64,000 nucleotides of DNA from Alkalispirochaeta sp. (GTDB taxonomy: Bacteria > Spirochaetota > Spirochaetia > DSM-27196 > Alkalispirochaetaceae): contig OZ271854.1 of the NCBI GenBank assembly GCA_965601925.1, forward strand, positions 448,001 to 512,000. The letters are read 5' to 3'. The position numbers were made by a program, and so were the translations under genes. Numbering within the stretch: the stretch's first letter is position 1; every line of letters starts with the position of its first letter. This document shows, piece after piece, positions 28,503 to 37,568 of this stretch. The notes below the pieces were generated by a model. The model saw only the letters and a program-made list of their open reading frames with translations. It was not told the DNA's origin and made no database searches.

Positions 28503-30656
28503 CTACCGCAGGGTGACCAGATCCCGCAGCGTCACCAACATCTCCCGTCGAATCCCATTGTCGGTGCCTTCCTCAATTCGTTCTCGAAGGTACTCCAATT
28601 GCTCCGCCGGCTCGCTGAAGAACGAGAGATCCTCCAGGATCTCGGTAATATCGAGCAGCGCGCTCCGATATCCGGCGTTCTCAAATGCGCGGTCGTATGA
28701 ACGAATGCGTGTCAAAAGCTCGGGAAACACGCCGCTCATCTCCGGAGAACCGACGAAGGTATCGAGCAGAAACTTCGACTCCACCAGCCCCGCTTCATCC
28801 TCCATCGTGACCCGACTGTGACGGTCCACGAACTCGCGATACCGCGTCTGCAGTCCGTCCAGGGTGGCCACCGTCTCCTGAAGTGCGTCGGCCTCCCGTC
28901 GGGACGCACGCAGACGATCGGCGTAGTCTGCGCGCTCTGCGCGGAGATCGCGGATTTCGCCGGAGGCGATGTCCAGGGCCGCGTTGAGTTCGACGATTCG
29001 CGCCTCCGCGGCGGCGGAGGCCTCGATCGCCGCCTGAGTCGAGCGCTCGGCGGCGGACTCCACGTCCGTTTGCAACCGGGCGATTCGCCCCAGATGCTGC
29101 TCGACCTCATTCGCGAGACGTTGCCGATCGTTCCGCAACGTCTCGGCGGCAGCCTCCGACTCCTCGAGGCGAGCGTCCACATCGGCGATCGCGGCGCGGA
29201 GCTCATCGATTTCAAGCCGACTTTCGGCAATCTCCCCCTCAAGAGTTGCCTCCCGATCCTCCAAGAGAGCGATCGTTTGTACGTACCGTTCGTTTTCCGC
29301 CTCCGAAGTCTCGAGCAGAGCCTCCAACGGCCCGATGATCGCCTGCGCCTCACGCCGGGTGCGCCCGACCTCTCTGTCGACGACGAAGGCGTGGGCCGCC
29401 TCGAGTCCCGACACTTCGGCAAGGGCCGCCCGATACGACGCAGCGGCGCGCTCCTCGTCGAGAGCCGCGAGGGACGTACCGGCCGAATCGAGGTGAGTGC
29501 CGATGTTCTGGAGCCGCTCCAGCCGCTCGGCGATCGAAGCGGCCTCATCACGTGCATCACCCTCGGCCGCGATCAATCGGTCTATCGCATCGACCATAAA
29601 CAGGTCGATCTCGCGGCGTGGATAGGCGATCGGCACGCCCTCGGTCGGATCGATGAAACTCCTGAACGCCGCAATCGACTCGCGCGCCTCGTCATACTCG
29701 TTTTGCCTGACCGCGGCACGGAGGCGCGCAAGGTGCCCCGATACCTGATTGTTCAAACTCTCTTCCGCCTCACGCTGTCGCGCCAGCTCGTCCAACCGCG
29801 CTTGCGCCGCCCTTACATCGGCCTCCGCGGCCTCCCGGCTCTCTCTAAGCGCTACCGTGCGCATCTCCAACCGGCGGCGGAGGTCCGCTTCCCGCTCCTG
29901 AAATGAGACGACAAGAGCGGCGCGCTCGGCGTTTAACTGCGACAACTGTGTATCGTACTCGACCTGGATACGTTGCATATCCTCTTCCAGCCGTCGTCGC
30001 TCCGTCTCCAACTGAGCGCGAAAGGCCTCTAAGTCGCGGTCGACCACAATAGCGCGGTCCTCCTCGTAGGAGCTCAATCGACTCTCCAAATCGCGGCCCG
30101 CTATACCCTGTTGCACCAGACGGCGCCGTTCGGCGTCCAACTCGGCATCCAACCGGCCGCGCAGCGTCTCTTCGCGCTCGCGGATCTGCTCTTCGATGGA
30201 CTGGAGGAGCTCATTGCGCTCCATTGCGACCGCGCGAAGCCGACCTTGAATTTCGGAGATCTCGCGCTCTTTTTGCTGCAGTTGGTCGCGCGATTCCGCC
30301 TGCAGTTGCCGAATCAGTTGATTCTCGACGGTCGCGAACACCGCTCTGCGTTCTCGGAACTGTTGATCGTCCTGTCGGAAGAACAGCCACAGCAAGACCA
30401 CCGACACGCCGATCACGACCAACGCGGCGACGTTGACGACAAGTGGAAAAAGCATCCCCTTTTTCGCCTTCACCACGAACAGATCGTCGCTCAGCTCGAT
30501 CTTATGCGCGTCTACTATCTCATCGAGATGATCGACGATTTCCTTTTTTTCTTCTTCCGAGATACCGGAGACGGTTTTAAGCGACGGTTCGTTTCCCACG
30601 TATGTAAATATAACATGTCCGGCCGCGAGCGAGCCTCTCCTCACGAGAGTTAGCAT
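28503..30656 (-). CDS. Membrane-anchored long coiled-coil protein (start uncertain)
   Basis: Single TM helix (FPLVVNVAALVVIGVSVVLLWLFF) followed by about 600 aa of E/R/L/A-rich heptads. Confidence 0.8.
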   Translation of the reverse strand: MLTLVRRGSLAAGHVIFTYVGNEPSLKTVSGISEEEKKEIVDHLDEIVDAHKIELSDDLFVVKAKKGMLFPLVVNVAALVVIGVSVVLLWLFFRQDDQQFRERRAVFATVENQLIRQLQAESRDQLQQKEREISEIQGRLRAVAMERNELLQSIEEQIREREETLRGRLDAELDAERRRLVQQGIAGRDLESRLSSYEEDRAIVVDRDLEAFRAQLETERRRLEEDMQRIQVEYDTQLSQLNAERAALVVSFQEREADLRRRLEMRTVALRESREAAEADVRAAQARLDELARQREAEESLNNQVSGHLARLRAAVRQNEYDEARESIAAFRSFIDPTEGVPIAYPRREIDLFMVDAIDRLIAAEGDARDEAASIAERLERLQNIGTHLDSAGTSLAALDEERAAASYRAALAEVSGLEAAHAFVVDREVGRTRREAQAIIGPLEALLETSEAENERYVQTIALLEDREATLEGEIAESRLEIDELRAAIADVDARLEESEAAAETLRNDRQRLANEVEQHLGRIARLQTDVESAAERSTQAAIEASAAAEARIVELNAALDIASGEIRDLRAERADYADRLRASRREADALQETVATLDGLQTRYREFVDRHSRVTMEDEAGLVESKFLLDTFVGSPEMSGVFPELLTRIRSYDRAFENAGYRSALLDITEILEDLSFFSEPAEQLEYLRERIEEGTDNGIRREMLVTLRDLVTLR

Positions 30657-30697
30657 GTACCTCTCCGAGCCCCATCGCCGGGAGACACGGGAAATCA

Positions 30698-30726
30698 TTG
30701 ACACGGGGAGGTCGATTCTATAGAGT
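30698..30726 (+). promoter_or_regulatory. Probable tRNA promoter
   Basis: TTGACA-17 bp-TAGAGT upstream of the tRNA. Confidence 0.55.
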
Positions 30727-30747
30727 CGGAATTCGCATTGACACGAT

Positions 30748-30831
30748 GCCCGAGTGGCGGAATTGGTAGACGCGCTAGGTTCAGGGTCTAGTGGGGGCAA
30801 CCCCGTGAAGGTTCAAGTCCTTTCTCGGGCA
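30748..30831 (+). tRNA. tRNA-Leu (CAG), CCA not encoded
   Basis: Acceptor GCCCGAG/CTCGGGC, D-loop GGAATTGGTAGAC, anticodon arm CTAGG-TTCAGGG-TCTAG, long variable arm, GGTTCAAGTCC. Confidence 0.97.
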
Positions 30832-30870
30832 AAGGAAAAAGGCGATCCGTGAGGGTCGCCTTTTTCCTTT
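30832..30870. terminator. Intrinsic terminator after the tRNA (potentially bidirectional)
   Basis: AAGGAAAAAGGCGATCC-gtga-GGGTCGCCTTTTTCCTT. Confidence 0.85.
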
Positions 30871-31222
30871 GGGGCCCCGAGATAGGGCTTGAAACGGAGG
30901 TGCGGCGCGAAACCCGGACGTACCGCAACGAAGTGAGGAACGTGCGGTTGGAGCGCCGAGGCACAGGATGTGCCGAGAGCACCGTAGGCGGCCTGAAGTC
31001 CCGAGCCACATAATAGCGGGAGCCAAGCCGCCTCCCGCCCCACCGACATAAAAATCATTGACAGAATACCGACCCGCATGTGACCATTACTATGATACAC
31101 GTATCAAACGGAGTCTTTTGGCTCGGCGGATACGTCCCCACCATCTATACAAAGTCCTCCATGTAATCTCAAACCGTTCACGAGCCCCAAAAAGTGACGA
31201 CATCACACGAGGAGGCATAGCC

Positions 31223-31648
31223 ATGTTACGAAAGATTGTCGTTGTTGTACTCTTTGGTACGGTTTCGACGGTTTCCGCTCAAATGCGGGTCAACTTCACC
31301 GAGGCGTTTTTCGCTCCGGAGGACTACTTGGACCAGGAGGTAGTTTTCTCCCGCGTGTTCGCCGGCGATATGTTCAACATGAATCTCGAGTCGGGCGGCG
31401 GCGACACGTTTCTTCTCAGGATTGAGGATGATGTGCGGAACTTCGTCGGCGGTCCCGGAGCCCCGTTCGTCCCCATCCTGCCCGAGAGACTCGCACGCCA
31501 ATGGGAGGCGCTGGAGCTCGGATCGGTGGAACTCCGCCGATCGAATGTACACGGGCGTCTGTACCGGGGCGAACATTGGATCATCCTGGAGATTAACAAA
31601 ATCGAAATGCTCAGTGCGACCGGCGCTGTGCTGGACGTCATAGATTAA
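31223..31648 (+). CDS. Small exported hypothetical protein
   Basis: GGAGG RBS, signal peptide MLRKIVVVVLFGTVSTVSA. Confidence 0.7.
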   Translation: MLRKIVVVVLFGTVSTVSAQMRVNFTEAFFAPEDYLDQEVVFSRVFAGDMFNMNLESGGGDTFLLRIEDDVRNFVGGPGAPFVPILPERLARQWEALELGSVELRRSNVHGRLYRGEHWIILEINKIEMLSATGAVLDVID

Positions 31649-31656
31649 CGAGTCGC

Positions 31657-32664
31657 CTACAACCTCCCGACGATCTCCGGCTCGGCGTTCTGGAGTCGTC
31701 GCGGCGGTACCCCGGCGATGATCGCCTCGAGATCGTCGGCCACCATGCGGCCGATGAGGAGGAGATCCTCGGTGACCGAGCCCGCTCTATGCGCTGAAAG
31801 TACCGTATTGGGTGCACGGCGGATCGGATGGTCCGCCGACAGCGGCTCCGCGGGAAAGACGTCGATCGCCGCTTTGATTCGCCGGTCGTGCAGTACGTCG
31901 GTCAACGCGTCGAAGTCGACGACGTGCGCGCGACTCAAAAGTGCGAAGACGGCGCCGCGTTTCATGCTCTCCAGAAGGGTCCGATCGATCATGTGACGGT
32001 TCTCTTTACTGACGACGGCCAAAACGAATACGACGTCAGACGTCCCCATGAGGGTCGGTAGGTCTACGGGAGCGACGTCGTTATCCTCAATGAAAGACGC
32101 GGGCAGCCACGGATCGTAGGCTTGCAGCGTGCACCGGAAGGGCGCCACGAGGCGCTGGAGATATCGCGCCAGGTTCCCATACCCGACGAACCCGATCGTT
32201 TTGCCGAACAGCGTAAACGTCGTGCGATTTCCTTCGGCCAGATAGCGCTCTCTCCCGGCCTTGAACGCCGCATCGCCGACGGCGATCTCCCGCGCCGCAT
32301 CCAGAGCCATAGCAAGGCCCATTTCTGCAACCTGCGGGGCGAACGCGGGTGCGCAGCTGAGAACGCGAATGTTTCGAGCAAAGGCGGAGCCGTAGTCGAA
32401 CTGTACGGCGGTGGGATGCCGCCCCGATACCTCCATCACCGCTCGCAGTCGCGGAATCTCGGCAGGCGACGGGTAGCGCCAAGAACCGGTTACAATGACG
32501 TCCAACTCATCTTTGTACCGCTCGAACTCCGACCGAGGCATCGGTTCGTCACGCACCCACACGACCTCGCCCAGGCTCGACAGGCGCGATAGATCGTCGT
32601 TCCCGAATATCTCGGCGGTGCGACGCGGGCTCGGGTCCAAAAGGATTGTGGGTCGCTCGGGCAT
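31657..32664 (-). CDS. D-isomer-specific 2-hydroxyacid dehydrogenase family
   Basis: GKTIGFVGYGNLA, YDPW, SRAHVVD, AAIDVFP.EP, LSAHRAG; AAGGAGG RBS. Confidence 0.9.
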   Translation of the reverse strand: MPERPTILLDPSPRRTAEIFGNDDLSRLSSLGEVVWVRDEPMPRSEFERYKDELDVIVTGSWRYPSPAEIPRLRAVMEVSGRHPTAVQFDYGSAFARNIRVLSCAPAFAPQVAEMGLAMALDAAREIAVGDAAFKAGRERYLAEGNRTTFTLFGKTIGFVGYGNLARYLQRLVAPFRCTLQAYDPWLPASFIEDNDVAPVDLPTLMGTSDVVFVLAVVSKENRHMIDRTLLESMKRGAVFALLSRAHVVDFDALTDVLHDRRIKAAIDVFPAEPLSADHPIRRAPNTVLSAHRAGSVTEDLLLIGRMVADDLEAIIAGVPPRRLQNAEPEIVGRL

Positions 32665-32810
32665 ATCGGGCCTCCTTATGTTCGCTCCCGTTCGCAAAGA
32701 TAGGGAAACACACCGCCTCAGTGTAATACGAGCGGGACGAAAACCGTGCACATCAAGTCAAACTACGGCCGGATCGGCGTCGGCCGAATACCGCCGGCGA
32801 AGCCGACTCG

Positions 32811-33893
32811 TTACGACAGGCGCCCGACCGTGTGAACCAACTCGCGAGCCGTGCCCTCGTCCTCAACGCCCCGGACCACCATCAACAGACCGCGGCTGTC
32901 AAGGTTCTTGACCAGCGTCTCTACCTCCCACGGCTCGCAGTAGATATAAAGCGCTTTACCGCCCTCCTGGATGCGCCGCATGACCTCCATCCAGTCGGAG
33001 ACCGCGCCGGCACCGGCTCCCTGGACCCATTGAATCGCGTTGATCTCCTCCACTGCCAAGAGCGTGTCCAGGTGCCGCACCATGTCGGGCCCGTCGAGAT
33101 GAAAGATAGATCGCGGAAAGGCCTCCGCTTGTTCCTTGACAAAGGGCAGGATGAACTCACGGAACATCTCGGGAGAGATGAGGCAGGAGAAGTCGGACTG
33201 TAGATCGGGGGCCGGAAGGGCGGACCAAAGTCCCATCCATGTGAAGTAGCCGCCGAAGGCATGAGCGATCTCGGTCGTTCCGCGCCACGCCGTGAACCAC
33301 GCCTCCTGCACCCTCCGTGCCGCCTCTTTTACCGCCTCCGGCGCCAACAAGAGGTCGAGACACATCTTTTCGGCGTTTCTAAGGCCCGCGAGCACCTCGG
33401 TGGGACCGTTGAGATCCGGGAGCCCCATGAAACACTCCAACTCGTAGCGTTCGATCGCCTCGGCGCACCGTTGCATGTTGCGCATCGTGATCCGCCACCA
33501 CTCGTTGTCGGGATTCCACGTCAGATCGGGCGCGTCGTCCCAGTCGGCAATGATCGGCTCCGACCATGTCGTGTTATCGTCTACGTAGACGTTGGGCGCC
33601 CCGAGGTACTTACACGTAATGGAGACGATTCTACCGGGTACGGGATACAAGACGGGAAAAGCCTCGCCGCCGAAATAGGTCGCGCCCATGGTATTCACAA
33701 TCCGCGGAATGATCACCTCCGGATCGGTCCAAAAAGAGTGAAGGTCGGTCGATGTAGCCGCGGGGACGCTGAACACCGGTACATCACGCGGCGCGGTGAC
33801 TTGGATCAACGCTCGATCGGCCTCGCGGTTGTCCCACCACGCTTCCACCCGCTCCTGTGCCTCGGAAATGTCGTCCTTGAAGCGCACCATCAT
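32811..33893 (-). CDS. Uroporphyrinogen decarboxylase/methyltransferase (UroD-MetE)-like protein
   Basis: DL.G..E.LAGLR....LDL, QSDFSCLISPEMF.EF.LP, IFHLDGP...HL, IQWV.GAG. Confidence 0.7.
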   Translation of the reverse strand: MMVRFKDDISEAQERVEAWWDNREADRALIQVTAPRDVPVFSVPAATSTDLHSFWTDPEVIIPRIVNTMGATYFGGEAFPVLYPVPGRIVSITCKYLGAPNVYVDDNTTWSEPIIADWDDAPDLTWNPDNEWWRITMRNMQRCAEAIERYELECFMGLPDLNGPTEVLAGLRNAEKMCLDLLLAPEAVKEAARRVQEAWFTAWRGTTEIAHAFGGYFTWMGLWSALPAPDLQSDFSCLISPEMFREFILPFVKEQAEAFPRSIFHLDGPDMVRHLDTLLAVEEINAIQWVQGAGAGAVSDWMEVMRRIQEGGKALYIYCEPWEVETLVKNLDSRGLLMVVRGVEDEGTARELVHTVGRLS

Positions 33894-33985
33894 TTACCTC
33901 CGATGTTTTCCTGATCGGCTATGGTAATGCATAAATGTGCTATATTCCTTGACGATAGGACCACATATCAGCACAAAATGACCTC

Positions 33986-34879
33986 GTGCGCCACTATTCT
34001 CTCGAGGGCAAGCTATCACCGACCGACGTTCCCCTCACCTATGGGCGCGCTCGCCTCGTCGACGGTGGATTTCCCGAGCATACTCACGACTACTGGGAGC
34101 TGGTGATCGTCCTCGCCGGCAGCGGTCTCCACACTGCAGAGGGGCACTCCTATCCGCTGCGCGCCGGCGACGTGTTCGTCATCAAGAAGGGGCAATGCCA
34201 CCGATTCAATGAATGCCGCGACTTGGAGATGGTCAACATCGGATTCGATCGAAGGATTGTGGGCGACCGCGGTATGGAAGAGATACCGGGTATGACCGCC
34301 CTGGTCGATACCGAGCCGGCGGTTCGCACGAGCGACGGATTCGCCGCCAAGCTGCACCTATCCCCGGTTCAGTTGGAGGAGATCGTCGACCTGCTGCGTA
34401 CGATCGAGCACGAGCGTTCGGAGCGTCGACCGGGATGCGGCGTCGTATTTCGCAGTGTGTTCGAACGGATGCTGGTGCTCTTGGCGCGGTGCTACTCCGC
34501 CGCGGACTTTCCCGCCGGACGCGAGCTTACGCGCCTTACCGCGTGCGCCTCACTGATAGAACGGAACTATTCGAGTCGCGTCGATATGGCCCGTCTGGCG
34601 ACGGAGCACGGGTATTCACATTCCCGGTTCAGACGGGAGTTTCGACGCGTGTTCGGTCTTACGCCGCTGCAATACCTCAGGCGACAACGTCTGGATAAGG
34701 CGACCGAGCTCCTACGCACCACGGAGCGTACCGTGTCGGAGATCGGCTATGCGTGCGGATTCGAGGATAGTAACTACTTTTCGCGGGTGTTCCGCAAGGA
34801 GATGGGGAGCGCCCCTCGCAACTACCGCAAGGGGCGTTCGGCGGTTGGGCCGAGGGTTATCGAGACGACGCGACCTTAG
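33986..34879 (+). CDS. AraC-family regulator (cupin plus HTH, RhaR/RhaS-like)
   Basis: HTHDYWELVIV..GSG.H; CGFEDSNYFSRVFRK..G..P..YR. Confidence 0.93.
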   Translation: MRHYSLEGKLSPTDVPLTYGRARLVDGGFPEHTHDYWELVIVLAGSGLHTAEGHSYPLRAGDVFVIKKGQCHRFNECRDLEMVNIGFDRRIVGDRGMEEIPGMTALVDTEPAVRTSDGFAAKLHLSPVQLEEIVDLLRTIEHERSERRPGCGVVFRSVFERMLVLLARCYSAADFPAGRELTRLTACASLIERNYSSRVDMARLATEHGYSHSRFRREFRRVFGLTPLQYLRRQRLDKATELLRTTERTVSEIGYACGFEDSNYFSRVFRKEMGSAPRNYRKGRSAVGPRVIETTRP

Positions 34880-35523
34880 TTCGCCAGAAGCGCTCGCGCG
34901 GTATCCGCCATGCTCTTGAGCATTAGATAACAACTCGTCGCGCCGGCGTCCAGAACACCCTTTGAGCGTTCGCCGAGCCTCGATGCACGGCCGATCTTGG
35001 CGACCATATCCTCGGTGGATCGCCACCCCGTCTGGGCCGCCGTCGTCATAGCCTCAAGGGCCTCGGAAAAGGACCGCCCTTCGTCCACGGCGCGGCGCAT
35101 CGCCGCGGCGGCGGGGTCTAAGGTATCGACCAGCGTCTTGTCGCCCGGCTTGGCATCTCCCAGTTCCCGAATGGCCTCGTACGCAGCCTCGAGCATCGTT
35201 GCAAAAACCTCGGCGGTAATCGCCTCCGCTCCTTTGCTCACCTTGGCCATCGCCTTAAAGAACTGACCGTATAGTGGCCCCATCGAGCCGCCGATATCCA
35301 TAAGCAACGTTCGCCCCAGCGTCCTGAGGGCGTCACTCATCGACATGCTTCCCTCCAGACGCTCAGAGGTCATCTGGAAACCCTTGTCCATATTGATGCC
35401 GTGGTCTCCGTCGCCGATCTTCCCGTCGATCTCGCTCAAATACGCTCGATTCTCGCCGATCGTACGAATCAATCCGTCGACGATGACGCGTCCCGCTCCA
35501 TTATCGAATGATTCAGCACCCAT
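34876..35523 (-). CDS. dhaL: Dihydroxyacetone kinase-family subunit L
   Basis: IGDGDHG.NM, GGSMGPLYG, GDKTLVD, GRASRLGERS.G..DAGA. Confidence 0.93.
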   Translation of the reverse strand: MGAESFDNGAGRVIVDGLIRTIGENRAYLSEIDGKIGDGDHGINMDKGFQMTSERLEGSMSMSDALRTLGRTLLMDIGGSMGPLYGQFFKAMAKVSKGAEAITAEVFATMLEAAYEAIRELGDAKPGDKTLVDTLDPAAAAMRRAVDEGRSFSEALEAMTTAAQTGWRSTEDMVAKIGRASRLGERSKGVLDAGATSCYLMLKSMADTARALLAN

Positions 35524-35534
35524 CGTCGCCGCTC

Positions 35535-36539
35535 CTACACACCCCATTGCCGGAGGCCCATGGAATAGGCGTCCAGATCGATGAGCTCCTTCAGCTCTTC
35601 ATCGAGCTTCATTACGGTGAGGGTGATGCCCATCATCTCCAAACTGGTGAAGTAGTTTCCCACGTACGGCCGATAGACGCCGATGTTCTTCTCTTCCAGA
35701 ACTTCCGCGATACGATTGTAGAAGATGTACTGCTCCATTACCGGCGTAGCGCCCAGTCCGCTCACCAACACGACGACCTCGTCGCCGGCGCCGAAGGGAA
35801 GATCGGGCAGGACGATATCGAGACACATCTCGGCCATTTTGTCCGCGGGTTGCAGATCCTGCACCGTAATCCCCGGTTCGCCGTGGTGGCCGATACCGAC
35901 CTCCATGGTGCCGGGCTCGATGGAGAAGTTGGGCTTACCCACCGCGGGGATGGTGCACGGGGTGAGTCCGATACCGACGCTCCGGGTGTTGTCGATCGCC
36001 TTTTGCGCCGCAGCGATGACCTCGTCCAAGGTACCGCCGAGGGCCGCTTTTGCGCCGCCGACCTTCCACATGAGCACCTCGCCGGCGACGCCGCGGCGTT
36101 TCTCCCGCTCGTCGCGCGGGGCGCTCGGCACGTCGTCGTTGGCCAACACCGTCTTTACCACGATGTCGTCCTCCTCCGCCTCCTCGACCGCCATTTTCAC
36201 GTTCATGACGTCGCCGGCGTAGTTCCCATAGAGCACCGCGACCCCCTTTCCGGCATCGGCGGCGCGTATGGCGTCGTAGAACGCCTTCGCAGTGGGCGAA
36301 CTGAACACTTCTCCCACCGCGACGGCGTCCACGAGGTTTTTTCCGACGTATCCGATGAACGCCGGTTTGTGTCCGCTCCCGCCGCCGGTAATGACGCCGA
36401 CCTTGCCTTCAATCGGGGCGTCTTTGAACTTGACGACCCGCGGGTTGTCGGTGGCCGAGACGATATCGCCGTGGGTCCTGAAGAACCCCTTCAGCATATC
36501 CTCCACGACGTTGTCGGGGTTATTGATAATTCGTTGCAT
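35535..36539 (-). CDS. dhaK: Dihydroxyacetone kinase-family subunit K
   Basis: GGGSGHKP, GEVFSSP, NYAGD.MN, RRGVAG, GIGHHGEPG, TSLEM.G. Confidence 0.95.
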   Translation of the reverse strand: MQRIINNPDNVVEDMLKGFFRTHGDIVSATDNPRVVKFKDAPIEGKVGVITGGGSGHKPAFIGYVGKNLVDAVAVGEVFSSPTAKAFYDAIRAADAGKGVAVLYGNYAGDVMNVKMAVEEAEEDDIVVKTVLANDDVPSAPRDEREKRRGVAGEVLMWKVGGAKAALGGTLDEVIAAAQKAIDNTRSVGIGLTPCTIPAVGKPNFSIEPGTMEVGIGHHGEPGITVQDLQPADKMAEMCLDIVLPDLPFGAGDEVVVLVSGLGATPVMEQYIFYNRIAEVLEEKNIGVYRPYVGNYFTSLEMMGITLTVMKLDEELKELIDLDAYSMGLRQWGV

Positions 36540-36617
36540 AGCGATCTCCCTGACGCAAACGTGATAATGCCGCGGAGCGATGAACGCCCCGCGGCCGAGA
36601 AGAATCCTATCGCCCCG

Positions 36618-37568
36618 TTAGTTGGAAGCGGTGTAGATGTCTTCAAAATCCTGCATGTAATCGACCGCCTCACTCCACGGCAGATGGTGCCCGGTGAGGA
36701 GGAAGCGATTCAAATACCCGTCCCGCCACTCCTCGGTTTGCGCGACCCGCGCGAACACTTCGGACCAGAACTCGACGGCCTCCTGAGGCATATCGCGCGG
36801 ACCGACGATGCCGCGATACACAGTGAGCTCGACATCGTAGCCGAGTTCTCTGAACGTCGGCGCCACGAACGGCTCACCGAACCGGTCGCGTGTCGCCGCG
36901 ATAAGCGGTCTCAACTCGCCTGCCGCCACCAGATCGAACGACGCCGCCGGCTTGGCGATCACGACATCGATGTTGCCGCCGAGGATCTGTATCAGTGCGT
37001 CGCCGGTCGAGTCGTTGATCAGATACTCCAAATCCCCGCCGACCTCGGCCTCGATGGTCTCGTACAAGTTGACGTCGTCTCCCTTGGAACCGCCCATAAT
37101 CACTCGTTGCCCACTGTCGAGCGCGTCGATGAAATCCTGAGCCGTCTGGAACGGCGAATCCGACCGTACGAGCAAGATTTGTCCGTCGGTCGCCATGACC
37201 GCCAACGGCGTGAAGTTATCGAGGTCGCCGTTTTCCAACTGCACGTGAGGCTGGAGGTCGCCGTTGTTGAAGGTGAGCAACGTGTGTCCGCGCGAGTTCG
37301 TACCGCTCACTTCGCGACGTCCGACCGCTCCACCGCCGTCGGTCTTGTAGTTGATGATGATATCCTCGTCGACCAGTCCTTCGGAGTTGATGATCTCAAT
37401 GATCGTCTGTGTGAAGATCGAGGATCCGCCGCCGGGACTCGATGTCACGAACCACTCCACCGATCGGTCGGGCCGCCACGGTCCGTCGGACTCTCCCTGG
37501 CCCTCGGCAAAGATCAACCCCGCACTCGTCAACAGAACGAGCATACTAATAAGAACCAAACGTCTCAT
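36618..37568 (-). CDS. tctC: Tripartite tricarboxylate transporter substrate-binding protein
   Basis: Signal peptide, WRPDRSVEW.V..PGGG, GGGAVG, PTFRELGYDV...YRGI.GP. Confidence 0.88.
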   Translation of the reverse strand: MRRLVLISMLVLLTSAGLIFAEGQGESDGPWRPDRSVEWFVTSSPGGGSSIFTQTIIEIINSEGLVDEDIIINYKTDGGGAVGRREVSGTNSRGHTLLTFNNGDLQPHVQLENGDLDNFTPLAVMATDGQILLVRSDSPFQTAQDFIDALDSGQRVIMGGSKGDDVNLYETIEAEVGGDLEYLINDSTGDALIQILGGNIDVVIAKPAASFDLVAAGELRPLIAATRDRFGEPFVAPTFRELGYDVELTVYRGIVGPRDMPQEAVEFWSEVFARVAQTEEWRDGYLNRFLLTGHHLPWSEAVDYMQDFEDIYTASN

